Below are positions 12,812-22,510 of a stretch of 64,000 bases of DNA, in pieces (position 1 is the stretch's first letter; each line of letters starts with the position of its first letter). This stretch comes from Spirochaetia bacterium (GTDB lineage Bacteria > Spirochaetota > Spirochaetia > SZUA-6 > Bin103), in assembly GCA_965199955.1 (NCBI GenBank), contig CBDATQ010000002.1:608001-672000 (forward strand). The letters run 5' to 3'. The notes under the pieces are model-generated. The model had not been told where the DNA came from and made no database searches. It worked only from the letters and a program-made list of their open reading frames with translations. Made by a program: the position numbers and the translations under genes.

Positions 12812-13995
12812 TACTCCAATTGCCAACGGTCCGACAGTTCGCCAGCGTCCACCGACGCGGACCACAGGCCGTCGCTGGCCGTGAGCGCGAACACCGTGCC
12901 GGCGTCAACGGGGTCCACCCAGAGTCGCAGGATCGATGCGTGGTAGATAGCCTCGGTGGTGAGCGCCAGCCGCGCCACCGCGAAGTCGCCGTCCAGGGGT
13001 GCCGTGTAGTAGCCATGGCCGTCGGTGCCGATGAGCGCCGTGCCGCCCACGGCGATCGCCCCCCACAGGGGCACGGCCTGGTCCTCCACCCTGATCTCTT
13101 CCATGTCGGGCCAGGTCCCGCCCCCGTCCCGGGAGCGCCACACCGTCCCCGTGCTGCCGGTCAGTACCAGGGTACTCATGCCGTCATGGATCACGCCGCG
13201 GAACGTCGCGGAACCCTCCGGCGACGGCGCCGTGTCGGGTTTCCGCAGGCCGCCGCCCAGCGTCCCGGCGTAGAGATCGCCGCCGGACACGGCCCAGTAG
13301 GTGCCGTCGCCGTCGGTGGCCACCGCTGCGACCGGATGGCTGAGGCCGTCGAGCTCGACGCGGAATACGGGTGCCTCGGCCGATCGACGGGTAGCGCTCA
13401 GAAGCCGGTAGGTACGGTTCTCGCCTCTCGACTCTGCGATGACCGCGAACAACACCGACTCATCGCCGGGCGTGAACAGGCCGATCACCTCACGGCCGCT
13501 TACCGCGGAATCCGTGACCGCTTGCCAGGATACCGAGCTGGCCGTGATCCGGCTGCCGGTCGCCTGGAGCAGAGCGAAACGCTCCTCATCCACGAACAGG
13601 GCTCCGGCGAGCAGCGACGGCCCGCCGACGTCAGGCCGCCACCGGACCAGCGGCAGCATCACGGCGGACCCGCTCCGAGCGTCGAACGTGACGGCCATGG
13701 AGGCCCACTCGCCGGGGGCCCTCGTGTCCGTGCCGACCGTACGTGACCACAGCTTGCCGGCGGCGACCAGGTAGCGGTCGTCCCAGCGCGCGACGCCGCC
13801 GATGGTGATGTCGTTGGCCAGGTTCCGGTCGACGGTGGGTTGCTGGTGGGCCAGGTGATGGAAGATCCCGGTGACGGCTTCCTGGCATCCGGACAGGACA
13901 AGAACCAGCGCCGCTGCCGTAGCGCCGGCCAGCGCGCGCCGCAGGGCCACCCCATCCACCGTCGATCGCTGCCGCATCGCTGTCAGTAGTGCCAT
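12811..13995 (-). CDS. Hypothetical lipoprotein, probable beta-propeller
   Basis: Lipobox VLSGC; BNR/Asp-box-like WRSRDGGGTW. Confidence 0.7.
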   Translation of the reverse strand: MALLTAMRQRSTVDGVALRRALAGATAAALVLVLSGCQEAVTGIFHHLAHQQPTVDRNLANDITIGGVARWDDRYLVAAGKLWSRTVGTDTRAPGEWASMAVTFDARSGSAVMLPLVRWRPDVGGPSLLAGALFVDEERFALLQATGSRITASSVSWQAVTDSAVSGREVIGLFTPGDESVLFAVIAESRGENRTYRLLSATRRSAEAPVFRVELDGLSHPVAAVATDGDGTYWAVSGGDLYAGTLGGGLRKPDTAPSPEGSATFRGVIHDGMSTLVLTGSTGTVWRSRDGGGTWPDMEEIRVEDQAVPLWGAIAVGGTALIGTDGHGYYTAPLDGDFAVARLALTTEAIYHASILRLWVDPVDAGTVFALTASDGLWSASVDAGELSDRWQLE

Positions 13996-14002
13996 CCGCC
14001 GA

Positions 14003-14638
14003 TCAGAAGTGGTAGACGATCTGCGGGGAGATATCCAGGAACGCGGCCAGGCCCGGACCCGAGCCCGCCGCGCCCCAGAGCGGCTCGAACATCAGCCAGA
14101 CGCTGGCCGATCCCCCGAAGGACCAGTTTCGATCGTAACGGTAGAAAATCGCCGCGCCCGGACGAAGAACCAGGTTCACGTTGAACAGGTCGGCCAGCTT
14201 CATGAACCCGACGCCGGCATTCACGAAGACCGGCAAGTCGAACTGTCCCAGGCCGAGCAGGTCCGAGCTGAACTGGTAGCCCAGGCGGCCGGTGACGGGA
14301 ACTATCAGCAGCGGCTCCCCGTGCCGGTCGATCGCGAACATGCCGCCGACCTCGGCTCCGACCGTCAGGCGCGGCCCGAGGAATGCGTTCCAGTTCAGTG
14401 ACAGTTTGCCCCCCGGCGTCAGGTTGGTGCCGGTGATACCGGAGCCGCCGACATCGTCGGTCGGCAGATACGTGAACAGCGGCAACACCAGGCTGGCGCC
14501 CAGCGCCAGCATCTGGTCGCCCAGAACGTAGGAGTCGCCCGAGGTGGTCGGACCGGCGGCCGGCTGTGACACGTCCTGAGCCACGGCGTGGCCGATGGCG
14601 AACATGGTGGCGACCGTCGCGACGAGGAACCGTTTCAA
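14003..14638 (-). CDS. Small outer-membrane beta-barrel protein (TP0733/OmpW-like)
   Basis: Signal peptide from TTG 14638, amphipathic strands, GDQM..LGASLVLPLF, terminal YHF BAM signal. Confidence 0.75.
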   Translation of the reverse strand: MKRFLVATVATMFAIGHAVAQDVSQPAAGPTTSGDSYVLGDQMLALGASLVLPLFTYLPTDDVGGSGITGTNLTPGGKLSLNWNAFLGPRLTVGAEVGGMFAIDRHGEPLLIVPVTGRLGYQFSSDLLGLGQFDLPVFVNAGVGFMKLADLFNVNLVLRPGAAIFYRYDRNWSFGGSASVWLMFEPLWGAAGSGPGLAAFLDISPQIVYHF

Positions 14639-14785
14639 GACTGGAACCCGCAGTATATCGTGAGCGATGGGAAAACATCCAGTAACCCGGCGGCTCGGTC
14701 GACCCGCGCGGGCAGGTCGGTCGCCGGCGCGGCGGCGCTTTGGGTATATTGCGAGGCATGCAGGTGCTCGTATGGATGACCCCTC

Positions 14786-15124
14786 ATGAATGACATAGTC
14801 CCGCGTGAGACGCTTTCCAGGCAGGGCGTGGCCGGCTTCACCGCGGCCGCCGGCGGCGTTGGCCTGCTGGTGATGGGGGCGTTGCCGGGAGTGGTCGGGA
14901 TCGTCATCGCCGGCCTGGTCACCGCGGGCGGTCTGGCGTTTGCCACGAGCAGGGACGATCGCCGGCCCGGGCTCGTGGTCGCCGGCGCCGGCGTGCTCGG
15001 CATCCTCTCCGCGGCCATCGGCGGATTCCCGGGCATCGTCCTGGGATTGGCCGGAGCGGGCCTGATCGCGTACGGCGGTCTGTCGATCTACCGCTTCTTC
15101 CGCGGCCTGAAGTCCCGGATGTAG
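14786..15124 (+). CDS. Small membrane protein
   Basis: 112 aa with about 4 Gly/Ala-rich hydrophobic segments. Confidence 0.75.
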   Translation: MNDIVPRETLSRQGVAGFTAAAGGVGLLVMGALPGVVGIVIAGLVTAGGLAFATSRDDRRPGLVVAGAGVLGILSAAIGGFPGIVLGLAGAGLIAYGGLSIYRFFRGLKSRM

Positions 15125-15162
15125 AGCCGGGCCCCGTCCGCCGACAATAGAAGCGGAGGGGG

Positions 15163-16173
15163 ATGGCAACCCGAGGGGCAGCGGGAAGCGCGCGATGGCT
15201 CGCGATCTCGGTGCTTGCGCTGACCCTTCTGGTTGACCGGGCGGCCGCGGCCGACCTGGAAGCGGCGTGGGACGCGCAGTTGCGGGGCCGCTTGCAGCAG
15301 GCGCAGGTCCTGCTGGAATCCGACCTGGTACCCGCGAGCCCTGCGCATCGGCTCGCCCTGGCGGGAGTGGCGCTGGAGTTGGGCGATCTGGATCGGGCGC
15401 TGTCCGCCCTGCAGCCACTCGTGGACGACGCCGCTCACCCGGACTTCCCGGGCGCGGTGCTGCTGCTCGGGCGCCTGCACCTCGCCGCGGGGCGGGACGA
15501 CGACGCAAGAAGCGCGTTCTCGGCCTCGCTGGCGCGGTCTGCGGACGGGCCGTACGCTCCGGCGGCGCACCTGGCGCTCATCCGTCTCGACGTCCACTCC
15601 GGGAGGTTCGAGGCACTCGAGGAACGGCTGCGTCGTCTCGCCGCGCTGGGCTCATCGCCGGAGCTCGAAATCGCGCTCGACCTGCTGAACCCGGATGGCG
15701 AAGGTGGTCCGGTCCGCCCCTTTCCATCGCCTCTCGGGCTGTTCGACGCAGCGCGATTGGCCGATGGGCTGGTCCCGTCCTCGTTGCCGGCGCTCCCCGT
15801 GGTCCGGCCGGCGGCGGATGCACGCTCCGTGCCGCCGAACGCGAACGGCGCGGGGCGTGGACGGTCGCCGGGAGCCGGCCTGCAGCCGGTTGCGTCGGGA
15901 GAGCCGGCCAGCCCCCAGGATACCGCGGCCGGTGGGGGCGCGCGGTACGCCTTGAGGGTCGGTTCGTTCAGGGACCCGATCAACGCCCGGCACATGGTGA
16001 ACGCCCTGCGCGACGCGGAGTTTCCCGTACACACGCGTCAGAAGGGCGATCTCGTGCAGGTGCTCGTCGGCGCGGTGGCCACGCGACAGGCGGCCGAGTT
16101 GCTGCTGAAACGGGTGCAGGCGATTGGCTATGACGGGGACGTCATTCCGTATCTCGCCGACTCCGGTCCGTGA
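15163..16173 (+). CDS. Secreted TPR-like plus SPOR-domain protein
   Basis: Signal peptide, TPR-like helices, C-terminal YALRVGSFRDPINA..VLVG SPOR motif. Confidence 0.82.
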   Translation: MATRGAAGSARWLAISVLALTLLVDRAAAADLEAAWDAQLRGRLQQAQVLLESDLVPASPAHRLALAGVALELGDLDRALSALQPLVDDAAHPDFPGAVLLLGRLHLAAGRDDDARSAFSASLARSADGPYAPAAHLALIRLDVHSGRFEALEERLRRLAALGSSPELEIALDLLNPDGEGGPVRPFPSPLGLFDAARLADGLVPSSLPALPVVRPAADARSVPPNANGAGRGRSPGAGLQPVASGEPASPQDTAAGGGARYALRVGSFRDPINARHMVNALRDAEFPVHTRQKGDLVQVLVGAVATRQAAELLLKRVQAIGYDGDVIPYLADSGP

Positions 16174-17665
16174 CCGGCTGCACCTGGTGCAGGTGGAGCA
16201 CCTTCGCTCCGCCGGCTGGCGCGCGGGGCGGGTCCGGTCCGACGGGCGTCAGCCGCAGCGAGCGCTCGACCCCATCGGATGAGGACTCTTCCGCGTAGTC
16301 GATCAGGAAGCTGAGATAGCCCCGATGAGTCCCGCGCGGACCGATGATCTTCATGGAGAGGAGCCGGCCGCGAAGGGCGAATCCGCCTTCGAAGACCTGC
16401 CCGCCATCGGCCCAGACGAACCGGTCGCCCAGGAATTCCAGCGAAAGGCCGTCGGCCGACCGGTAGTGACCGCTCAATGCGGCCACGGGCGCCGGGATCC
16501 GGGCGGCAAGCAGGGTCTCCTGCGCCGCCGGAGTCAGCCGCCGGTAGGTGCGGGAGCTGATCCCGGCGTACGGGTCGTGGCCGCGGACCTGGATCCGGAT
16601 CTCCGCGGCGGATTGCGCCTCGATGCCGAATGTCCTGGCGATGACCTCGATCGCCAGGTTGCGGGTCCACACGTCCAGATGCGCGAGCAGTGGACGGTGT
16701 GACGCGACCCACTCGAGCTGCTCCAGGATTTCGCCGTCGTAGATGGAGATCAGGCGTTCGTCAGGTGCGAACACGATCAGCTCCCTGGGACCCCCGGCGT
16801 CGTCAGGGCCGGACGGGTCATCGCGGTACCACGGTCCGGCGAGGAACGCTTCGTACGGATCGACGCCGGGGGTGGAATACAGGGCGAGGAGCCGCGATTC
16901 GGGGTCGGCGGGCGCGCTGACCGGCTCGGTTCGAAGCAGCACGTACCGCGCGCGTTCCGTGTCCCACCCATAGGTCAGGCGCAGCAGATCGAGCCCGCGC
17001 TCCGAATCCGGCGCCTTCACGTACGCGACGAGTGGCAGCGCGGCAGCGTCCTCGCCCCGCTCTTCGCCGCCGGCATGCCGTCCGCCCCCGGGGGCTTCGA
17101 TCGTCAGCGTGCCGTGGACGGCGATGCGGGCGATCGGCCGGAATCGTTCCGCATCTTGTTTGGCCGCATCTTGTTTGGCCGCACCCTGGGGGGCCGGGAC
17201 GATCTGATAGGCGTCCAGCGTCTGCCGATCGGAGCCCGCCGTCCCGCGGACCACGATCTCCGGGGTCGGATCGGCGACCATGTCGACCAGGGTGATCTGC
17301 AGGGTGTCGGGGTCGAGGGCTTGCGTTTCCGCCTCCCAGATCATCCGCCAACTGACGCCGTCGTCCTGGTAGTCGATCACGCCGACCCGGATCGGAGCGT
17401 CCGCCGAGCCGGCGCGGCGGAACGCGGCGATCTGCTCCTGGCCGGGATCGTCGTCCAGTGCGGCTGTCAGAAGGGCGATCCGATCGAGGCCGGACCCGAG
17501 CGCGGGCTGCGGCGGCGCGAAGTCCTCGGGTTTCGCGCCGCCGGCTTCGAGGCCGGTTGCGCCTGCGGCGACGCTGGCCGGCGCGGCTCTGTCCGCGTCC
17601 GTCGCGCCGCCACATCCGGCAAGCACGGCAGCGGCGCCCCCCACGAGCAGCCACGCTCGCACCAT
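16142..17665 (-). CDS. Lipoprotein resembling the spirochaetal pallilysin-related adhesin family
   Basis: Lipobox VLAGC; LDDDPGQEQI..IRVGVIDY..WEAETQA..DMVADPTPEIVV pattern; no HExxH seen. Confidence 0.65.
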   Translation of the reverse strand: MVRAWLLVGGAAAVLAGCGGATDADRAAPASVAAGATGLEAGGAKPEDFAPPQPALGSGLDRIALLTAALDDDPGQEQIAAFRRAGSADAPIRVGVIDYQDDGVSWRMIWEAETQALDPDTLQITLVDMVADPTPEIVVRGTAGSDRQTLDAYQIVPAPQGAAKQDAAKQDAERFRPIARIAVHGTLTIEAPGGGRHAGGEERGEDAAALPLVAYVKAPDSERGLDLLRLTYGWDTERARYVLLRTEPVSAPADPESRLLALYSTPGVDPYEAFLAGPWYRDDPSGPDDAGGPRELIVFAPDERLISIYDGEILEQLEWVASHRPLLAHLDVWTRNLAIEVIARTFGIEAQSAAEIRIQVRGHDPYAGISSRTYRRLTPAAQETLLAARIPAPVAALSGHYRSADGLSLEFLGDRFVWADGGQVFEGGFALRGRLLSMKIIGPRGTHRGYLSFLIDYAEESSSDGVERSLRLTPVGPDPPRAPAGGAKVLHLHQVQPVTDRSRRDTE

Positions 17666-17727
17666 CACCTTGCCGCTCTTCACTTTCCCATTTTGACATG
17701 GTGACGGAACCGCCTGCACAGTGAGGC

Positions 17728-19203
17728 ATGAAGGCCGACAGTGGCGAGAGCCGGAGCATCTTCCGGAATCTCTCGCCGCTCGATCATCGCTACTACCTGG
17801 AGAACCGGGAACCCTTCGACCGCCTGGCCGACTTTCTGAGCGAGGAAGCGGCCGTGCGCTGCTACGCGCGCGTGGAGGTCGCGCTGCTGCGGCAGTTCGT
17901 CCGCATGGTGCCCGATGCCGTCCGGTACGGGCCGGGTGGCGGTGAGGAGCTGCAGCAGGCGCTCGACGCGGCGGCCTCCGCCATCGACCCGGCGGAGGTG
18001 CACGCCGAGGAGCAGGTCACGCGCCACAACCTGCGCGCGGTGGTGCACGTGCTGCAGCGGCGGCTCCCGGAGTCGGTCCGCCACCTGGTACACTTGGGAG
18101 CCACGTCGTTCGACATACAGGACACGGCGACCGCGCTTCGCATCGGCGGAGCGGTCCGCGCGGTGGTGGTGCCGTTGCTGCTCGATCTGACTGATCGCCT
18201 GGCCGATCTCGCGGAGGCGGAGGCAGCGACGCTGCAGGTCGGGCGAACCCACGGCCAGCACGCGGTGCCGATCACCTTCGGCTTCGCCGTCGCCTCGTTC
18301 GTGGCACGCCTCGACGACGTGCTGCCTCGCATCCTGCAGGCGGCCGGCGAGTTGCCCGGGAAGCTCTCCGGGGCCGTCGGCGCCTACAACGCCACCGCAC
18401 TGCTGGTCGACGACCCCCTGGAGCTGGAACGGCGCGTGCTGGCCGAGCTGGGATTGGCGCCCGCGGCGCACGCCACCCAGATCGTGCCGGCGGAGCCGCT
18501 CGTCCGGCTGCTGCTGGAGATCAACCTGGCGTTCGGGGTGCTGGCCAATCTGGCCGATGACCTGCGCAATCTCCAGAGGACGGAGATCGCGGAGGTGGCC
18601 GAGTCGTTCGACGCGTCTCAGGTGGGCTCATCGACCATGCCCCAGAAACGCAACCCCTGGAACAGCGAGCACGTCAAGAGCCTGTGGAAGACGTTCTCGC
18701 CGCGGGTGGGCACTTTCCTCATGGATCAGATCTCCGAGCACCAGCGTGACCTGACCAATTCCGCGTCGGCCCGGTTCGTGGGTGAGTACCTGGCGGGGTT
18801 CACCGCCGCCGTGAACCGGACGCTGCGCGTCGTCGGCTCGCTGCATGTCGACCGGCGCCGCATGGCGGACGCCGTGGGCACGGGCGGTGACGCGGTCGTG
18901 GCGGAGGCCGCCCACGTCGCGCTGGCGCGTGCCGGCGTGGCCGATGCTCACCGGGTGGTCCGTGAGGCGGCTGCCGAAGCGGGATCCGCAGGTGGCACGG
19001 TGGCGGACGCCCTGGAGCGTGACCCTGACCGCTGGGCGCTGCTGGAGCGGCTCGCGGTGGGGCGCGAAGGGTCAAGCGCGGCGGAGCTGCTGCGCGATCC
19101 CGGCCGATATTGCGGGATGGCCGCCGAGCGGGCACGGGCGGTAGCGGCCCGGCATCGAGAACGGGCGGCGGCGCTGCGAGGCGCCCTCGACGTCCCGGCC
19201 TGA
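17728..19203 (+). CDS. purB: Adenylosuccinate lyase
   Basis: LSPLDHRY, HLGATSFDI, GRTHGQHA, GSSTMPQKRNP; adjacent to guaA. Confidence 0.92.
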   Translation: MKADSGESRSIFRNLSPLDHRYYLENREPFDRLADFLSEEAAVRCYARVEVALLRQFVRMVPDAVRYGPGGGEELQQALDAAASAIDPAEVHAEEQVTRHNLRAVVHVLQRRLPESVRHLVHLGATSFDIQDTATALRIGGAVRAVVVPLLLDLTDRLADLAEAEAATLQVGRTHGQHAVPITFGFAVASFVARLDDVLPRILQAAGELPGKLSGAVGAYNATALLVDDPLELERRVLAELGLAPAAHATQIVPAEPLVRLLLEINLAFGVLANLADDLRNLQRTEIAEVAESFDASQVGSSTMPQKRNPWNSEHVKSLWKTFSPRVGTFLMDQISEHQRDLTNSASARFVGEYLAGFTAAVNRTLRVVGSLHVDRRRMADAVGTGGDAVVAEAAHVALARAGVADAHRVVREAAAEAGSAGGTVADALERDPDRWALLERLAVGREGSSAAELLRDPGRYCGMAAERARAVAARHRERAAALRGALDVPA

Positions 19204-19209
19204 CGCGCC

Positions 19210-20754
19210 ATGGATACCATCCTCGTCCTCGACTTCGGTGGACAGACCGCTCAGCTCATCTGCCGGCGTATCCGCGACGCCGGCGTGTACAGCATCATCG
19301 TGCCCGGCGACCAGCCGCTGAAGGGCGATCTGCTGCGCGACCTCAAGGGCATCGTGCTGTCCGGCTCTCCTCACTCGGTGTACGAGCCGTCGGCGCCGCG
19401 GCCGGATCCCTCGCTGCCTGCGGCTGGCGTTCCGATCCTGGGGATCTGCTATGGCCTGCAGCGGCTGGTCACCGACTCGGGCGGCCGGGTCGCGGCCGGA
19501 GCGACCCGCGAGTACGGGCGGTCCCGAGTCCACATCCGCGAGCCCAGCCCGCTGTTCGACGGAGTCGAGGACGGCTTCGTGTCGTGGATGAGCCATAGCG
19601 ACGTGATCGAACGGCCGGCGGGCATGACGACGTTGGCGGTGTCGGAGAACGGACACCCGGCCGCGATGCACGACGGCGGGATGACATACGGGCTGCAGTT
19701 CCATCCGGAGGTCTCGCACTGCGAGTTCGGCACCCGCATCCTCTCGAATTTTGCCGCCGCGGTGTGCCGGGCACGGCGTGAATGGAGCATGGATCGATTC
19801 CTGGATGCGGCCGCCGGCCGCGTGCGGCGTCAGGTCGGCGCCGCGCCGGTGGTCACGCTGATCTCCGGCGGGGTCGACTCGGCGGTGGTGGCGGCCTTGC
19901 TGCTGCATATCCTGGAGCCCGATCAGGTACACCTGTTGTACGTGGACACCGGGCTCATGCGCGACGCGGAGACCGAGGAGGTCATGGCCAGCCTGCGCGA
20001 GCTGGGCGCCACCAACCTCCATGCCGTGGACGCGTCACGCCGGTTCTTCGCGGCGTTGTCCGGAGTCACCGACCCGGAGCGCAAGCGTACGGCGGTCGGC
20101 GACGAGTTCGTGCGCGTCGCGATGGACGAGCTCGAGCGGCTGGGAGTCGCCGACGCCTATCTCGCGCAGGGAACGCTCTACACCGACCTGATCGAGTCGG
20201 GGAAGGGCGTGGGCTCGCACGCGGACGTGATCAAGTCGCACCACAACGTGCGATCTCCCCTGATCGAGGCCAAGCGCGGCTCCGGCGTGCTGGTGGAGCC
20301 GCTCGCGGACCTGTACAAGGACGAGGTGCGCCGTCTGGGCCGGAAGCTCGGCCTGTCCGCGCGCGTGGTCGGCCGCCATCCCTTCCCGGGCCCGGGTCTG
20401 TCGGTGCGTATACTGGGCGAGGTGACCAGGGAGCGGTGCCGGGCGTTGCGCGCCGCCGACCGCATCCTGATCGAGGAGCTGCGCCGCCGCGGCCTCTACG
20501 ATGCCATCTGGCAGGCGTTCTGCGTGCTGCTTCCGGTCCAGTCCGTGGGAGTCGCGGGCGACGTGCGCCGCTATGGATCGGTGGTCGCGATCCGCGCCAT
20601 CGCGTCGGAGGACGGGATGACCGCCGACGTCTATCCCATGGCGGCAGAAGACCTGCAGGAGATCTCATCGCGCATCACCAACGCCGTCCCGGAGGTCGGG
20701 CGGGTGGTGTACGACGTTTCCAGCAAACCGCCCGCCACCATCGAGTGGGAATGA
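19210..20754 (+). CDS. guaA: GMP synthase (glutamine-hydrolysing)
   Basis: LDFGGQ, GICYG, QFHPEV, SGGVDS, IKSHHNV, KPPATIEWE. Confidence 0.98.
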   Translation: MDTILVLDFGGQTAQLICRRIRDAGVYSIIVPGDQPLKGDLLRDLKGIVLSGSPHSVYEPSAPRPDPSLPAAGVPILGICYGLQRLVTDSGGRVAAGATREYGRSRVHIREPSPLFDGVEDGFVSWMSHSDVIERPAGMTTLAVSENGHPAAMHDGGMTYGLQFHPEVSHCEFGTRILSNFAAAVCRARREWSMDRFLDAAAGRVRRQVGAAPVVTLISGGVDSAVVAALLLHILEPDQVHLLYVDTGLMRDAETEEVMASLRELGATNLHAVDASRRFFAALSGVTDPERKRTAVGDEFVRVAMDELERLGVADAYLAQGTLYTDLIESGKGVGSHADVIKSHHNVRSPLIEAKRGSGVLVEPLADLYKDEVRRLGRKLGLSARVVGRHPFPGPGLSVRILGEVTRERCRALRAADRILIEELRRRGLYDAIWQAFCVLLPVQSVGVAGDVRRYGSVVAIRAIASEDGMTADVYPMAAEDLQEISSRITNAVPEVGRVVYDVSSKPPATIEWE

Positions 20755-20764
20755 GCCGACCGGG

Positions 20765-21430
20765 ATGAGCCTGTACCTGTTGGCCGTCACGCCGCTGACG
20801 TTCTACGCCGCGTGCGCGCTGCTTCGCGAGCGGTCGCCCTGCGTGCCGATCGTCCTGTTGCGCCGGTTCCTGATCGGAGGCCTGCTGGCGCTGCCGGGAT
20901 ACTTGGGCGCCGGGATCGTCACCGGCTGGTTCGGCTCCTCGTACGCCCCCGTGGCGCTGTTCGCCCGGCTGACCACGACCGGGTACGTGCTGCCGGCGGG
21001 AATGGCGGCGATCGCCGCCCTGGCGGTCGAGCTGCCGATTGCGCGCGCGGCGCGCCGCGGCGGGGGGACCGCGGACCGGCATGCCGGCGGCGGCGCGGGG
21101 AATGACGCACTTCCCGTGCTGGCCTCCATGACCGGATTCATCGCGTTTTTCACGGCCATCGAGCTGGCCGCGGGACGGTTTCCGCCAAGTCCGATGCAGC
21201 TTCTGATCATGCCGACCCTGCGTGCGGCGGCGATCGTCGTTCTGGCCTTTGCCTGGACGCGCAGGAAGCGTCCGCTTGCGGCGGTGCTGATCGCGGTGGC
21301 GGCCATCCTGTTCGCGGGGGAGGTGTCGCACCTGTACGCGGTCGGCTTCCGCGCTCCCGCGGGCGCACTCGCGGCAGCAGCGGCCGGGGCGGGCGGTTTC
21401 GCGTTGCGGGCCATGCGCGGCAGTCCATGA
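20765..21430 (+). CDS. Hypothetical membrane protein
   Basis: 221 aa, multiple TM segments, 10 nt after guaA. Confidence 0.7.
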   Translation: MSLYLLAVTPLTFYAACALLRERSPCVPIVLLRRFLIGGLLALPGYLGAGIVTGWFGSSYAPVALFARLTTTGYVLPAGMAAIAALAVELPIARAARRGGGTADRHAGGGAGNDALPVLASMTGFIAFFTAIELAAGRFPPSPMQLLIMPTLRAAAIVVLAFAWTRRKRPLAAVLIAVAAILFAGEVSHLYAVGFRAPAGALAAAAAGAGGFALRAMRGSP

Positions 21431-22383
21431 CGGGACGCGCCCGCGCGGCTGCGGTCGCCGCGGCGACGGCGATGGTGGCGGTGGCCGGTTGCGCCCGGAC
21501 GGCGCCGCACCTGGTGTTCCTGGAAGGGCCGCTCTGGAGCGCGCTCGATGGCGGCTCTCTGCCCGACCGGTTGGCACCGGTCGGGAGCCAGGTGGGCCGG
21601 CGCTTTGAGGTGCGCCGCGCGCGGTCTGACGAGACGCCCTTGCGGGAGCTGGAGGAGCTTCTTGGTCAGCGCTCCTATCGCGGCGTGGTGGTCGGGCCTC
21701 TGCTGGCGCTGGAAATACACGAGATCGCGCCGATGTTCTCCGCGATGGAGTTCGTGGCCATTCGGCTGCAGGAAACCGGCTCGGGTGCAGCGGGAGCCGG
21801 ATCGGCATCGGCGGGTTTGCCCGCGAACGTCACCGAGATCCGCTTCGCGCGCGGCGACGGATACCGCGACGCGGGCCGGTTGCTGGCGATTCTCGAACCG
21901 GCCGGCACGATCGGCATCATCAGTGTGCGGGGACGGGACGAGAGGCTGGTCGCGGCGTTTCGGGAAGGCTACGGTGACGGTGGCGGGAGCGCCGCGATCG
22001 ATCACCGCCGGCTGGTCTCCACGCGGGACGAGGGCGAGATTCTTCGCCTGGTGCAGGATCTCGCCGGCAAGGGCGTTTCCACGGTGCTGCTCCCGGCGGG
22101 CCCGATGACGCTGCACGGGTTGCGGGCGATGCGCGGAGAAGGGATGCGCGCCATCGTCTCCAACTGGGGGCTTGCGGGCGGTGAACAGAGCCGGCCAATG
22201 GCCGACACCGTGCTCTGCTCGGTCGACGACGACCTGGCCGGCGCGCTTCTCGAAGCCTTTCGCGCGCTGGACCAGGAGAAGAGCGACGGCGGGATCACCG
22301 GCTCCACCGTGATCACCTGGGGAGGCGCCGCGCCGTTGCCGGCAGACGCAGCCGTCTACGTTGACCGGCCGGCCGGCTCTTGA
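21427..22383 (+). CDS. Lipoprotein, periplasmic binding protein type 1/BMP-like fold
   Basis: Lipobox VAGC; GYRDAGRLLA and AFREGY segments resemble BMP-type proteins; ATGA overlap. Confidence 0.6.
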   Translation: MTGRARAAAVAAATAMVAVAGCARTAPHLVFLEGPLWSALDGGSLPDRLAPVGSQVGRRFEVRRARSDETPLRELEELLGQRSYRGVVVGPLLALEIHEIAPMFSAMEFVAIRLQETGSGAAGAGSASAGLPANVTEIRFARGDGYRDAGRLLAILEPAGTIGIISVRGRDERLVAAFREGYGDGGGSAAIDHRRLVSTRDEGEILRLVQDLAGKGVSTVLLPAGPMTLHGLRAMRGEGMRAIVSNWGLAGGEQSRPMADTVLCSVDDDLAGALLEAFRALDQEKSDGGITGSTVITWGGAAPLPADAAVYVDRPAGS

Positions 22384-22399
22384 TAGCTTCGGCACGCGG

Positions 22400-22471
22400 T
22401 TCCCGGTTGTGTAATTGGTAGCACCCAAGATTCTGGCTCTTGTTGTGGGGGTTCGAGTCCTCCCCGGGAAG
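22400..22471 (+). tRNA. tRNA-Gln (anticodon CTG)
   Basis: Acceptor TTCCCGG/CCGGGAA, D-loop AATTGGT, anticodon arm CAAGA-TTCTGGC-TCTTG, T-arm GGGGG-TTCGAGT-CCTCC; CCA not encoded. Confidence 0.97.
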
Positions 22472-22510
22472 TAATCCGGCCTCCGGTGGCGTCATGAAGC
22501 AGGCCGCTGA

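Noticed and set aside
17151..17180. 15-bp tandem repeat GCATCTTGTTTGGCC x2
   Set aside because: In-frame AAKQD duplication in a loop; only two copies, no sign of a phase-variation tract
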